A stretch of DNA of 63,199 nt, the filler included, from Globobulimina sp. (lineage: Eukaryota): NCBI GenBank assembly GCA_003354225.1. It is 33 parts of 33 records of this genome, joined end to end, with 100 filler letters (N's around TTAATTAATTAA, not from the genome) between each part and the next. Parts side by side here need not be neighbours in the genome. Positions count along the whole stretch, not along the records: positions 24,948 to 26,765 come from PIVH01011582.1; positions 26,866 to 28,683 come from PIVH01011583.1; positions 28,784 to 30,601 come from PIVH01011584.1; positions 30,702 to 32,519 come from PIVH01011585.1; positions 32,620 to 34,437 come from PIVH01011586.1; positions 34,538 to 36,355 come from PIVH01011587.1; positions 36,456 to 38,273 come from PIVH01011588.1; 26 more parts are not named here. The stretch is one strand, 5' to 3'. The notes under the pieces are model-generated. The model was not told the DNA's origin. It saw nothing but the letters and a program-made list of their open reading frames with translations, and searched no databases. The position numbers were made by a program, and so were the translations under genes. Shown piece after piece: positions 24,948 through 37,091 of this stretch (its first letter is position 1; each line of letters starts with the position of its first letter).

Positions 24948-25490
24948 CGCAGCAGTGCCTGTGACACATTTCGAGTTGATATGAATAGCGATGATGAATC
25001 ATGCCGCGACGAACAAAATGAAGCAACATCAGTTGTTGTAAACGAATGCATTCCAACTGGTTATGGTGGCAGTCAATTATTTGGCTGCGATGATGCAACC
25101 TTAACTATGGAAACATGGATTAATGACAAATGTGACGGTGTTGGCGAATATGCAGTGTTTGATTTTTCGTATTTAACTGACAATCATTGTTTTAACATCA
25201 AATGTTCCGAAGGAACTAGAAAGGTTAGAAAATGTAAAGGAAAACAAGAGAGAGACAGAGATGAGCAAAGTATTGCTGTTATCACTAAACATATTAAAAA
25301 TCATCATTTATTTATACATGATGTGATTTCAAAGCACAATAAACATATAAATAAGTGGGATATCTTTGGTAATGATTCAATTTGGAATTATTCAAAAGTA
25401 TGGTTCTATGGATTCATTACAATTGCAATCATTGTTGTATTGATACCAATGGTTGCATGGTGCAGAAAAAATGAATATCAGAAAATATAA
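24948..25490 (+). CDS. Cys-rich type I membrane protein, 5'-partial
   Basis: Cys-rich ectodomain (VVNECIP, C..D.C), TM helix, short tail ending EYQKI. Confidence 0.7.
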   Translation, partial: RSSACDTFRVDMNSDDESCRDEQNEATSVVVNECIPTGYGGSQLFGCDDATLTMETWINDKCDGVGEYAVFDFSYLTDNHCFNIKCSEGTRKVRKCKGKQERDRDEQSIAVITKHIKNHHLFIHDVISKHNKHINKWDIFGNDSIWNYSKVWFYGFITIAIIVVLIPMVAWCRKNEYQKI

Positions 25491-25895
25491 ATATTTTATA
25501 TTTGATATAAGAGAAAATAAGATGCGAACAAAAATCTTATTGTTTCTCTTGTTTTTCATTTTTTTTGTAAACGTAATATATAATATTTATAATTCACTGA
25601 ACCGTTATTTATTTGGTTCATGTCCGCGATATGAGATTCAATCTGTCTGTGCAAGGATAAATGACTCTGTTTCTGTATATCATCACATATGTTGCTCCAA
25701 AAACGCTCAGATATAATATCCTTTCACATCAACATAAAATTAAGTATCGACCATATGAGTGCAATAAAAATGCACCCAATGTGAAGAATTATATATAAAT
25801 ATCAGATAAAAACACAGTAAAACTATAAATAAAGAAATGAAGATTTGTTTGATTGCATCTTATTTCTAGATCTTTTTAATTCAAATTAAATCTCA

Positions 25896-26765
25896 TCAAA
25901 TCATGGAGTATTCCTTTTCTTTGATAAAATTCCATGTTCCAACTAATAAAATAACAACACATAATACAGCAACAATATACATCCAATTCATAACTCTATC
26001 ATATAAATGAAGTGTCGCTCTCTCAATATTGCCATTAAGAACATTTGCAGTAAAAGTCTCCTTTCGCGATCTAACAAATTTAGCTTTGGTTAAATCCATT
26101 GGTTTGGCTAACATTTGCTTCAATTTATTTGCATAATATTCTGAATTTAAATGTGTACATTGATGCTCTGGCTCAGGTGTGGTGATAGCGACTGTCCCAA
26201 CACCTGACTGTGCAACGGCACCACATAAAACTTGCCAACATCCATCAAAGTCATTGTAATATTCATAAGTATATGTTTCCATTTCACAGACACAGTCAAG
26301 GCATCCAGTATAATATTCGAAATATAGTTTCTCCGCATCGCAGGATAATATGGCTGAGTAATGAGTGCCTTCTAATATGGACGGGATACATTCATCGATT
26401 ACAAATGAAAATGAAAAATAGTCATTCTCGTCATCACATGAATCATTCTCTGCATCTGTAAAACCGTTGACTTTGATATCGACCGTATGACAGTTTGAAC
26501 CAGAACCAGTGCATTGCACTGTGCTTCCAAGTGGATCAACACCTGTTGTGTCGGCGAAATGTGTTTTTGCACATTCAGTGTCTCCATCAAAATAATTGCA
26601 TTGCACGTGATTAGAATCATCGCAAACAAAATTCCAGGAATATTGAATGTCGCTATAGGAATATGCTGAACATGTTGCTAATGGGGTTGCTACCACATGA
26701 GTTGAAAAATATGCACATGAGGAATCATCGTATGTTGCACGTAATACTGATGATAGCAATGAATA
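25896..26765 (-). CDS. Cys-rich type I membrane protein, probable paralog of the convergent neighbour
   Basis: Shared SC.DE....S.V..ECIP.......CD pattern, TM helix, tail EYSMI. Confidence 0.75.
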   Translation of the reverse strand, partial: YSLLSSVLRATYDDSSCAYFSTHVVATPLATCSAYSYSDIQYSWNFVCDDSNHVQCNYFDGDTECAKTHFADTTGVDPLGSTVQCTGSGSNCHTVDIKVNGFTDAENDSCDDENDYFSFSFVIDECIPSILEGTHYSAILSCDAEKLYFEYYTGCLDCVCEMETYTYEYYNDFDGCWQVLCGAVAQSGVGTVAITTPEPEHQCTHLNSEYYANKLKQMLAKPMDLTKAKFVRSRKETFTANVLNGNIERATLHLYDRVMNWMYIVAVLCVVILLVGTWNFIKEKEYSMI

Positions 26766-27030
26766 NNNNNNNNNNNNNNNNNNNNNNNNNNNNNNNNNNN
26801 NNNNNNNNNTTAATTAATTAANNNNNNNNNNNNNNNNNNNNNNNNNNNNNNNNNNNNNNNNNNNNTGATATTACGACGTTGTGTATTTCATCAGAAAAAA
26901 AGAATATTTATGTGATTTGCAATATTTTGTCGTGATGCCGAGGCACTTTTCGAAAACCGTAATAATTTAAAAACACAATAAAAAAATAAAAACGTATTCA
27001 CACATTTCCCGCCACTGACAAGAATTATAT

Positions 27031-28491
27031 TTATTTTCCATTTTTTCGTTTCCATCGATCTATACTATCTTTCAACGCTCTGTTTAACACCAAATCTTTC
27101 ATATTTATTGATTGATTGGTAAAGGGATCTCGTCCATGCTCTTTAATACATGCAACAATTGTTTTTCTTTCGTACGTATATCCACTCACTGTCACCAACA
27201 TTGGTTCATTCATCAATTTATATGTAATCGGATCACATAATTCATTCGGCACTTCATTGGCATCCATTTTTCTTTTTTTTGCATGTGGTTTCTTTTCATC
27301 ATCATCAGAACTCACTCTCTTTCGTTTCTTATTATGATTGCTTTTTGTAGTCGCACCAGTTGAGCTATTCATATATTTATTTAATCGTATCCTTGCGTCA
27401 TTGTTGCAATCCATTAATACGCATAATCTATCCCTAATAACTCTTGTTTGGGCATTCAAATGTATTGCTAATGATGATACCGAGCAATCTCTGTTGTTTA
27501 AAACACAAAAATCAGCAACAACATCAAAATCCTCATGATCAATAACCTTCGATCCTGATGAAATGCGATGTGATGAGCAACATGAAATATTGCTGTATGT
27601 ATAGGGTACATGATATATATCATATATTTTATTGTAAACAAATCACACAAACCGTTTTCCAATGGTTTGTCCGTAGAATTGTACCAATCGTAAATGAGGT
27701 TTGCTTTCCGGATCACGGAGATTTTCCAATCGGCACATAATTCCACAATCCGATCTTCGTAAATGTGCTGCTAATTTTTGAATAGAACAATCTCTCGAAC
27801 TCCATAACGTATTATCATCCTCAATCGACCACCGTTTCCCTTTTTGGCTGTCACTTTCTTCCTTTTCTTCCTTTGCGTTAAGTAATTGTTTCTGTGGTCC
27901 TCTATAGGATTCGAACTTGATTACTGTGCGATTAGTAATAGCAAATTCAAATAAATATCCTTCATAGATATATGAATATTTTTGTCCATCTTTGATAGGT
28001 TCTGTTAATTTCGCTTTGCTGGCTAATTTTCGACATTTTGCATAATCGCTTTGCTTTACACCACATGAAATTGTAATTTCTCTCTCGTTTCTAAGATTGT
28101 AACCAACATCAATTGGTGTGGTCAGTGATGCATTTATCAAAATTGTATATGGTGAAAGATACACTTCTCTCAAACCCCGAGTTGTTGCTGTTTTTTCTCC
28201 ATATTTATTAGCTTCGTGTACAATATTTAACAGCATTTGAATGTTGTTTGAATTAATTTCGTTTTGTGGTTTATCCCAAACATTATGCAATATTCGTATC
28301 GCATTTTTTGTTGAATATTCATAATGTTCATCTTCATCGTATATCTCATACGTATTTTGTTTTTTCTTTTTTGTGAATATATATTTGTATGTTGATTGAT
28401 CCGCGTCACTCTCTTCGTCATAACACCGACCACATTTATAGTAGGTGTCAACATAAACTGGCGCAGCTCCAAAATAATTTATTTGTGCCAT
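27031..28491 (-). CDS. U-box protein with Myb/HTH-like repeats, 2 exons
   Basis: Intron 27593-27652 fuses the ORFs in frame; VPNELCDPITYKLMNEP..SGYTYER..I...DPFT...LVLNRALK U-box; RWSIEDD..L...LA.HL.R repeat. Confidence 0.8.
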
Positions 28492-28783
28492 TTAGCAAAA
28501 CGTTTTGAATAAGAAGGGACTTAGAAGGAGGTTTTCAAAAGCATGTTAGTACTTGTTTACTTTCTATTTACTTTTGGGGGCTTATATTGCGCTTATATTT
28601 ACTTTCATGTAAGTCCTAGGTCCAATTTATATTGCGCAATATAAGAACAACCCCTTATTAATAACGAATGAGTTTTGATACATNNNNNNNNNNNNNNNNN
28701 NNNNNNNNNNNNNNNNNNNNNNNNNNNTTAATTAATTAANNNNNNNNNNNNNNNNNNNNNNNNNNNNNNNNNNNNNNNNNNNN

Positions 28784-30495
28784 GAATTAAACCGATTTAA
28801 TGTAATCTTTTTATTGATAATTTCAAATAAATTTGGTATCGAACCGCTTGAAAATTCCAAACAAATTGCAATTAAATATGTGGCTAAACCAAGATTATAA
28901 TCATTGCCATCGGATAATATCGACAGTTTTATAAATATTTGCATGTATTTATCATTGCCACATATCATATTTATTGCGGCCTTGAAATTATGACAAATAG
29001 TAATAATTAATAATAATGTTCCAATTTGTATTCGTTGATCGTATTTATTTTTATTTTCCATTGTTTTCAGCAATAAATTCATTAAAATATGGACAAAATT
29101 ATTATCATTATGCGTAATAAATTTATGTTTTGCATTATTATTATTATTTAATAGGTATATTAATATTTTATTGATTTGGAAGCATCGCAATGGATCATTG
29201 TATTCAATATTTGTATTCTCAAAAATATAATTTTTTTGCAATAAATTACCGAAACTTTCCGGTTTGTTTTGTATAAATGAGTCCATTAAAATATTTTGCA
29301 ACTTTATGTTTTGTGAAAATAAGGATTTTAATACAGATTCGGATAACAAATATTGAGAAAAGACATTGAATGATAAATTAGTGATAAATAATAATGGATT
29401 TGTATTTATATTTTGAATATTTCGAGTATTTATAAACATATTTACATTGCTTTCATTTAAATATAAAATAATTTGTAATAAAATCAAACATTTCTGTTTT
29501 ATTTGTTCTATATTGGTTTCAGACTCTTGTTGTTTTTCTTCTGCATTGAAACTAATTATTTCGAGGAGAGATTGCATCAACGTTCCCAATGCTTTCTGAG
29601 CATTATTAATATATCCGCAATTTCTCGTGATTTCCATCAAAATATTTACAACTTTATGTATAATTTGCATATTTTTATGTGCCAATAATTGTTTTAATTG
29701 TGGAACACATCCAATTTCAATAAAATATTTCTGATTTGACTCATTATTTACTAATAAATGTTGCATTAAATATAAACAATCCTCAATCACAACATCACCG
29801 CCAATATCGATCTCATTTGCAATAATCGCTAGAATGCGTTCAAATATGCCATCAAAGGCAAGTAATTTCTGTATTGATTTGTCATTTTTTGATAAATGGA
29901 CAAATAGAATAATGCCTGAATTACGAATTAATTCCTGCGGTGAGTGTAATAATTGAGATAATATATTCATAGCACCGTGGTGACTGATTAATACTTTCTG
30001 TAATTTGTGTGATGTATTTTGATACAATAAGATGGTGATTAATATTTGGATTATATTGTATTGCATGTCTGGCTTTTCATTATATTTATCACTTAATAGT
30101 TCTATAAATATATTTATGCGATTCCCTGCTTTTTTATTGCTATCAGTTTTAAATAGTAAATCTAAATTATATTCGTAATATATTAAATTTGTTGATCTAT
30201 GTCGGGGCAAAGTAGTAATATCATATGGTTGTTCCGGTGGTAATAATAATAATATCAATATATCGATACATTTTTTTATTAATAGGTCATCATCTCGATC
30301 AAAATATAAATGTAATACGTCATCACAGATTACGGACAATGCATTTATACCAACTTCTAATGGATGTTCGCTGGCGAGATGCTCTAATTCAGCTAATGCA
30401 TATAATTTATCATCAAACAATGTACTGGTTTTTAATCGAGTGTAGCATGATACAATGGATTGGGTTAACGCTTTGTCGCCAGTAAGCCAATCCAT
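28784..30495 (-). CDS. USO1: Uso1/p115 vesicle tethering protein, ARM head domain, 3'-partial
   Basis: RL.TSTLFDD...AL..L......LEVG; ELIRN.GI; IQKLLAFDGIFERI..II..E..GGDVVIEDCL.LM..LL.NN.SNQ.YF.E. Confidence 0.88.
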
Positions 30496-30701
30496 GTTTT
30501 TTTACAAATGTTTCTTGAACTTGAAGTTTTTTTAAATTTAAATTCATCAAAAGAGTTTGTATTTTAGTACTGTTAATGATCAAACTTCATTTTCCCGATG
30601 CNNNNNNNNNNNNNNNNNNNNNNNNNNNNNNNNNNNNNNNNNNNNTTAATTAATTAANNNNNNNNNNNNNNNNNNNNNNNNNNNNNNNNNNNNNNNNNNN
30701 N

Positions 30702-32519
30702 GGACATACATTCATTAAAAGTATTGTAAAGTGGAGAACGTGTGACTCCATCCATTCGTTTTAACTCTCGCACGGAGGATACATATAATTTGCGCAATTT
30801 ATAAAAACAGAAGACGCTGGGAAGTAAAACTAACAAATACCAAGGAATTATAATACATAAAATGACAATAAAACCAATGAATGAGCTTAATCGAGTGGTC
30901 ACTAATTCCAATGTCGCTGGCATTTCAGCGTCGATAATTGTTAAATCTCGCGAGAAGCGGTTAGTTATTCGACCAATTGGAGTTGCCTGGAAATAGGATA
31001 ATGGCGCATGGGTAATACGATACAATATATCCTTTTCAAATGTTTTTGATGATGATAAACAGACATAAAATAATAAAATAAGTCGCAGAAAACCAATCAG
31101 TATGATCAATAATAGCATTATCAAAGTGATATACATAATCACTGCGATATATATATTGTTATAAAAATATATATATATAAATATATATTTTTTTAAATGC
31201 ATATACCTTAAAGAATTTTGATCAAACCATAATAAGTTATTCCATCTTCCATTTGCGTCCTCACCTTCGCTGTTTGCAGCGCCCCACCAACTTAACCATA
31301 CATCAAACACTATGCGTACTATTTGCGTCAAAATGAAAAACAAAACTAAGAATATGAATAATGCGACACCATGTCCTTTCCAACTCGCATCTAAATATTG
31401 AACAAAAGAACTACCTTTTAATGCCCCACGCACTCTGTCCTCAGTGGAAATTAATTTTGCTACATTTTCAAATTGCGAATTATTATCGAATTTGTTTATT
31501 TTATTTTGCTGAAATACTTGAATGTCAATTTTCTCCTCATCAGCACCTCCGATACTCAATTTTCTCAGACCCTCTTCTCTCGGGATAGCAATTTGTGTTT
31601 CTTTAGAATTATGTTTTTCAATTAATTGCGTTAATAAAGAATGGTATTTTTCTTTCAAATCTTCTAAATTCTTCAATGACGAATCAATTTTACAATTTTC
31701 AACAATTTTACAATAGCCATGCTCATGATTTTGATCATTTGAAACATATTCCATCACAATAATCCTATCAAAGTTGTCTAAAAATTGTAAATGTGAATTT
31801 AACACAATAATTCTGGTTGTGTTTTTCGATAATTTTAAGACAAGTTTGTTAAATATAACATGTGCGACATCATTATCCAATGCACTCAATGGATCATCCC
31901 ATATTAATAAATCAATATTGTTAGTCACTAAATGTTTATAGACAGATCTGGCCAGCGCTATTCTAGATTTTTGACCACCGCTCAGATTAATACCTTTCTC
32001 GCCAATTTCAGTGGCATCGCCTGCCGGAAATAACTGTAAATCGTGCGTCAATGCACAGGCATCAATGAGCTCATTGTATATATTCACATCAAATGCAATA
32101 TTCATGATAATATTTTCACGAATTGTACCTAAGTTATATTTTATTGTATTATTTATTTTCAAAGCAGAATATATGTAAATCCATACCATTAATAATAAAA
32201 TACGTCATTGCTGTATTCATACTTTTATTATCACAAAAAACTTCAAATGATGGGGCATTGTTATAACAACTGCTTTGCACAAAATGTGTTTCTCCCAATA
32301 ATGATCGGCATAGCGTACTTTTACCACTCCCCACAGCGCCAATGACTGCAACTAATTCATTTTTATAAATATCCAAATCAACATTTTTAAGCATATTTAA
32401 ATTTGAGTTTGGTTCATGTTGAAAATCAGCGTTAGTTATTTTAACCAAAAGAGCTTCTTTTTCTTCTTCTTGTCCATTATCTTGCACTTTTTTCTTTGAT
32501 TTCAATATCCATTCTTTGT
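30702..32519 (-). CDS. ABCC/MRP-type ABC transporter, internal fragment (NBD1 to TMD2)
   Basis: Walker A GAVGSGKS, TEIGEKGINLSGGQK signature, DDPLSALD, TPIGRITNRFSRD, RELKRMDGVTRSP; short introns. Confidence 0.95.
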
Positions 32520-32730
32520 NNNNNNNNNNNNNNNNNNNNNNNNNNNNNNNNNNNNNNNNNNNNTTAATTAATTAANNNNNNNNNNNNNNNNNNNNNNNNN
32601 NNNNNNNNNNNNNNNNNNNGACTTCCTCTCCGTGTCCAAGTTCGCTCGTTGCTTACAGTCCTTGTTTACATACAGAATTGTTTAACATTATTAAGTAAAA
32701 ACACACGAACAAAAACGATGTTTTATTTAA

Positions 32731-34437
32731 TTATTTAAGCCCTTTTTGATAATAAAATGGCAACGAATCATCCGATAACAGCGCATCACAAAAGTTTTGT
32801 CTATATTTCTTGGCAGTTTTAGTTAAATTAATGAGCTCCGTTCTAAATTTAATATCGGATAACGCGAACCATTGCGTCTTGTCATCAACTTTCTTCTCCG
32901 CCTTCTCATGCAATTTATCACTAAATGATTCCAATAAACCCTGTTGAGATTCGAACAAAACCTTCAATTGACATCCATCCGCTAAATAATACCCATAACA
33001 ATAGCTCCATTGCAATATCTGTCTGCATTGTATGATCTCCTTAATCGCATCCTCAATAAACTGCATATCACTATATTTAAATTGTTTTATCGTATCATAA
33101 TATCCTTTATTTATAATAAACGAACGGATGCATTCCTTGGCATTCACGATCGATTTTGCTGCAATTTCAGCAGACTTTTCATGCGCTTCATAGCGCTCAA
33201 AATAAAACATATACCGCTTCAAATACGACTGCGCAGTTTTTTGTTCATTTTCCTCGTCAAGAATCTGTTGTGGCTTATTGCAAACTGTGTGTTTCTTCCA
33301 ATCCTTTCGACACAACCAACAGAACTGATAACCACAGCGACAAGTCATATGATTGCAGCCCTGGTTCTTTTCAATATGATCTTTGCACTTCGGACATTCT
33401 TTGGTGTACGCTTTGACCCAGGTAATATTCTCACTGTCCGTGGAATGTAACAACATCCATTTGTCCGCAAGCTCACAATTACAGGGCAAATGCGCCACTT
33501 TCCTGCAGGCAAAGCACCAAATACAATGACAGTCCGGGCAATCAATGCTGAGCGTTGAGCCAAATTCTGCCTTGACTGCGTTCGTACAGTCTTTCCCCGG
33601 ACACCAAGACAAGTTGGTAGAGCCTGATACGAATGAATGCGAGATATACTCTTCAAACTTACTGCGATATTTATATGGTAAAAACTTGAGAAAAACGCTG
33701 GGTCGCAGTACTAATTTGCATTTGGGTTCGATGCATTTGGTCATGATGACACGTGGTCCTTTCTCCATGGCTGAGATCAAATAGTTTGACCAACACTGAT
33801 TGCAATATTGATGGCCACACTGCGAAGGATAAAATGTGTCCAGTTTGCAATCATCATATTGAGAGATACAGAGCCAACAATCATATTTGCCTTCTTCTTG
33901 GATACTATTCTTGTCCGTATTTGGTTTGCTGGAAATCATTCCGCATTTCAGACGCACTGCGTTGTTATCCATCAAATACTCATTGGTTAATTCATCTCGA
34001 TTCCATCGATAATACCGGCACATTATACCGATATCCTCCATGTCGGAGATGTATAATTCTTCGCCAATCTCTTTCATAAAAGAGACCATATATTCGTGCA
34101 ATTTATACTTATTCAATGTTTCAAATAAATAAACCTTATCCGGCACTGCAATGTCCATATCAATATTTTGCTCATTAATATCCGCATCGCCCCATCCATC
34201 GTCATCATCATGTTTGTCGTCGTCATATTCGTCATATTCTTCGTATTCTTCGTCATCGTCGTTGACATCATCCATATCTACAGAATTATTATTGGTGCCA
34301 TGATCAGAAACGTTATTATCGTCCCACTCTTCATCATCGTCATCGTCGTTGAAATCATCCGCGTTCCAATCTTGCCCATCATCTTGCAACTGTTCTAATA
34401 ATTTTTTGGCAGCTTCTTCCTCGTCTTCTTGTTGGTC
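32731..34437 (-). CDS. ARI: Ariadne-family RBR E3 ubiquitin ligase, 5'-partial
   Basis: Acidic N-terminus, RING1, IBR (WCP..C), RING2 TKECPKC...IEKNQGCNHMTC, Ariadne domain RYMFYFERY..H. Confidence 0.95.
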   Translation of the reverse strand, partial: DQQEDEEEAAKKLLEQLQDDGQDWNADDFNDDDDDEEWDDNNVSDHGTNNNSVDMDDVNDDDEEYEEYDEYDDDKHDDDDGWGDADINEQNIDMDIAVPDKVYLFETLNKYKLHEYMVSFMKEIGEELYISDMEDIGIMCRYYRWNRDELTNEYLMDNNAVRLKCGMISSKPNTDKNSIQEEGKYDCWLCISQYDDCKLDTFYPSQCGHQYCNQCWSNYLISAMEKGPRVIMTKCIEPKCKLVLRPSVFLKFLPYKYRSKFEEYISHSFVSGSTNLSWCPGKDCTNAVKAEFGSTLSIDCPDCHCIWCFACRKVAHLPCNCELADKWMLLHSTDSENITWVKAYTKECPKCKDHIEKNQGCNHMTCRCGYQFCWLCRKDWKKHTVCNKPQQILDEENEQKTAQSYLKRYMFYFERYEAHEKSAEIAAKSIVNAKECIRSFIINKGYYDTIKQFKYSDMQFIEDAIKEIIQCRQILQWSYCYGYYLADGCQLKVLFESQQGLLESFSDKLHEKAEKKVDDKTQWFALSDIKFRTELINLTKTAKKYRQNFCDALLSDDSLPFYYQKGLK

Positions 34438-34537
34438 NNNNNNNNNNNNNNNNNNNNNNNNNNNNNNNNNNNNNNNNNNNNTTAATTAATTAANNNNNNN
34501 NNNNNNNNNNNNNNNNNNNNNNNNNNNNNNNNNNNNN

Positions 34538-36355
34538 ATTTGGAATCCCACAAAAAGATACATCATGTCCCACAAGAAGAAGAGGAGATCCGATGTGACC
34601 AATGCAATGAAAGTTTCACAAGTGAAAGACTTTTCAAACTTCACAAGATGGATGTCCATGACCCAAATGACAATGCGCCAAATCCAGATGAATTATTTAA
34701 TGATCTTGAACGGTTGTTGGATACAACAAGTGCCAAATCCCTTTATACCAAAATTGGTGCCGACATAGTGGACAAAGCTGGTCAAAAGTTGTTCAAATCG
34801 ACACGGACCAGGCAATCATTCAGACTCACCCCCAAAGCCCTGAGACTCTGTGAAGTGGGATTGACCCTCGAAGTTCTGCACAAGGTAATTGGAGCACTAA
34901 CAAAGAAGACATGTGAGAAAGGTGGTTACATCCAAATCAAAGTTCTGAGTGACTCCTTGGACAGTCCTATTGTCATGCCACTCCTAAAAGTTGAATTCTT
35001 TGACCCATTGGTGCTTCTGAACTACATCGAAAGTGTGATGTCTTCAAAGGATGAATTGGCTTTGGATCAAACCCTTACTTTCGATGTTATTCATGTGGAA
35101 GACTTGAAAGGTTCTGGTTATCGTCTAAATACAGCAACCCTCGACTCATTCATTCAACGACGAACAGGAATTTTTGACCCGCGAAACCTGGACCACAGAT
35201 GCCTCGGGTTGTGTCTGGCTGCTTGGGAACTTATGGCTAGATTAAAGAATCAAGGAGAAAATGTAGAGAAAGCCAGCTTTTTCAAAGAACCCCAGAAATG
35301 TCACGAACTGAAAATTATAACCAACAGACTCTACACAGAAGCAGGTGTAGACCCTGAAAAACAAAGTGGAGAAAATGAGCTACGACGGTTTCAATACCTG
35401 TTCAGTGAACGTCATGAGAAACAAATCATCGTGCTGAATGAGCAATATGAACAGGTATTTACTGGACAACCAGAGAAGCAGCAGCGAGAAGATCAAGTGT
35501 TTTTATTGTGGTACGGTAAACACTACTACTTGTTATGGGACCTCGAAGCATTCATTGGAAGAAAATACCGGTTCTGTTACCGATGTGTCACCATTTACAC
35601 AAAGTCCAGACGACATCTCTGCATAGACATTTGCCCACAATGTGAGAGAGTCAACTGTGAAGCAATGGAAACCCCCAATGGCATAAACGTCTGCCAGAGG
35701 TGTGATATTACATTCAAACACAACAGCTGTTATTTGGCTCACAAAAACGAAGTTCAAAAGGTGTGTATGACCAAACGATACAGATGTCAGAATTGTCTCT
35801 GTGTCAGGTATACGGACAAGAAACACAACTGCAACAAGAAATCGCCATGTCCACACTGCCACGAAGAAGTAAGTATTCGTTTTAATAGCTGTTCATTGAA
35901 GTCAAACAACGAATATATTTAGGTTGATCTAGCCCTTCATCTTTGTCAAGTACAGGTGCCAAAGGAGAAAACCAGACTTGGAGGAGTCAAAAAATTTAAT
36001 GGTATGAGCAGTCAAAATGTATAGTACAAGAATATCTTCTGCATCACTTGTTTCAGTTATCTACTTTGATGCGGAAACTGCAAAAGATGAGGATGGAAAA
36101 CTGGTTCCATATCTGATTTGCTGGGCTGTCAACTGCGAAAAATGTATTAATATGGAAACAGAAAATTGCCAACAATGCGGTGTCAGATACAGATACAGTT
36201 ATGGTTGGAACAGCACTTATGATTTCTGCGACTGGCTTTCCACAGATAAGAGAATAGAGAAATACAGAACAATCCTGACTGCACACAATAGGTATGATAG
36301 GGTAAGGTAATGGTCAAGGAAGTCCTAAAAATTTCATTTTCAGTGCGAAATTTGA
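34538..36355 (+). mobile_element. Polinton/Maverick protein-primed DNA polymerase B, N-terminal half, with three spliceosomal introns
   Basis: C2H2 finger, N.DHRCL, LY.EAGV, HY..L...AF.G..Y..C..C, multi-CxxC region, then ExoI VIYFDAET and ExoII AHNSAKFD after removing introns 35869-35922, 36002-36056 and 36292-36343. Confidence 0.85.
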
Positions 36356-37091
36356 NNNNNNNNNNNNNNNNNNNNNNNNNNNNNNNNNNNNNNNNNNNNT
36401 TAATTAATTAANNNNNNNNNNNNNNNNNNNNNNNNNNNNNNNNNNNNNNNNNNNNTATGGATGATATCCAACACACATTGTAAATAAACATACACCAATC
36501 GACCAAATACCATTCAAACACGCATCAAATGCCTTTATTTTACAGAATGCCTCCGGTGACATATACCTTCTCGCCCACAAATTTATTATATTTAAAAATT
36601 AAAATCATTTTGTAATTTAAATGAGTTCGCTAAACCAAAATCAATCGCCAAATTTATTTGCTGATTTTGATTCATTTGCAATACACATTATGCACTGATC
36701 TATCAGTTTCAAAAGGGCCATATAGCTCTGTTTGTTTCACGTCCATTGTACCGTACGTATTGTATATTTTTGGTCTTTTCTTGCTCTGTAATAGAAACGC
36801 AATATGTTGCTGACAGTGTATACATACTCTTAATGCTTAATTCATGATATTTCTTGCCAAGTCGCGCGAGATTCTGTGGATTCAGTTCCTAGGTGATGGG
36901 ATAACTGATTTCTAACGTTTGTTTGACAAAGATTGGTTTAACGTCGACGCTCTCAAAAGATTTGCAAAAAGTTTCAAAAAGATTAAAAAAGTTTAAAAAC
37001 AAATGAAGTGTTGACCAGCGCCAAAACTTCACAACTGTGATAATTATTAAGTGTTTTTTCAAAATCCCCGGCCAGGGGACCAGATTCAAAC

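Noticed and set aside
23029-36355. Treating the Polinton capsid and Polinton polymerase as one element
   Set aside because: They are on different contigs ordered only by length, and their contexts differ (protist-like neighbour versus animal-like introns); there is no linkage evidence
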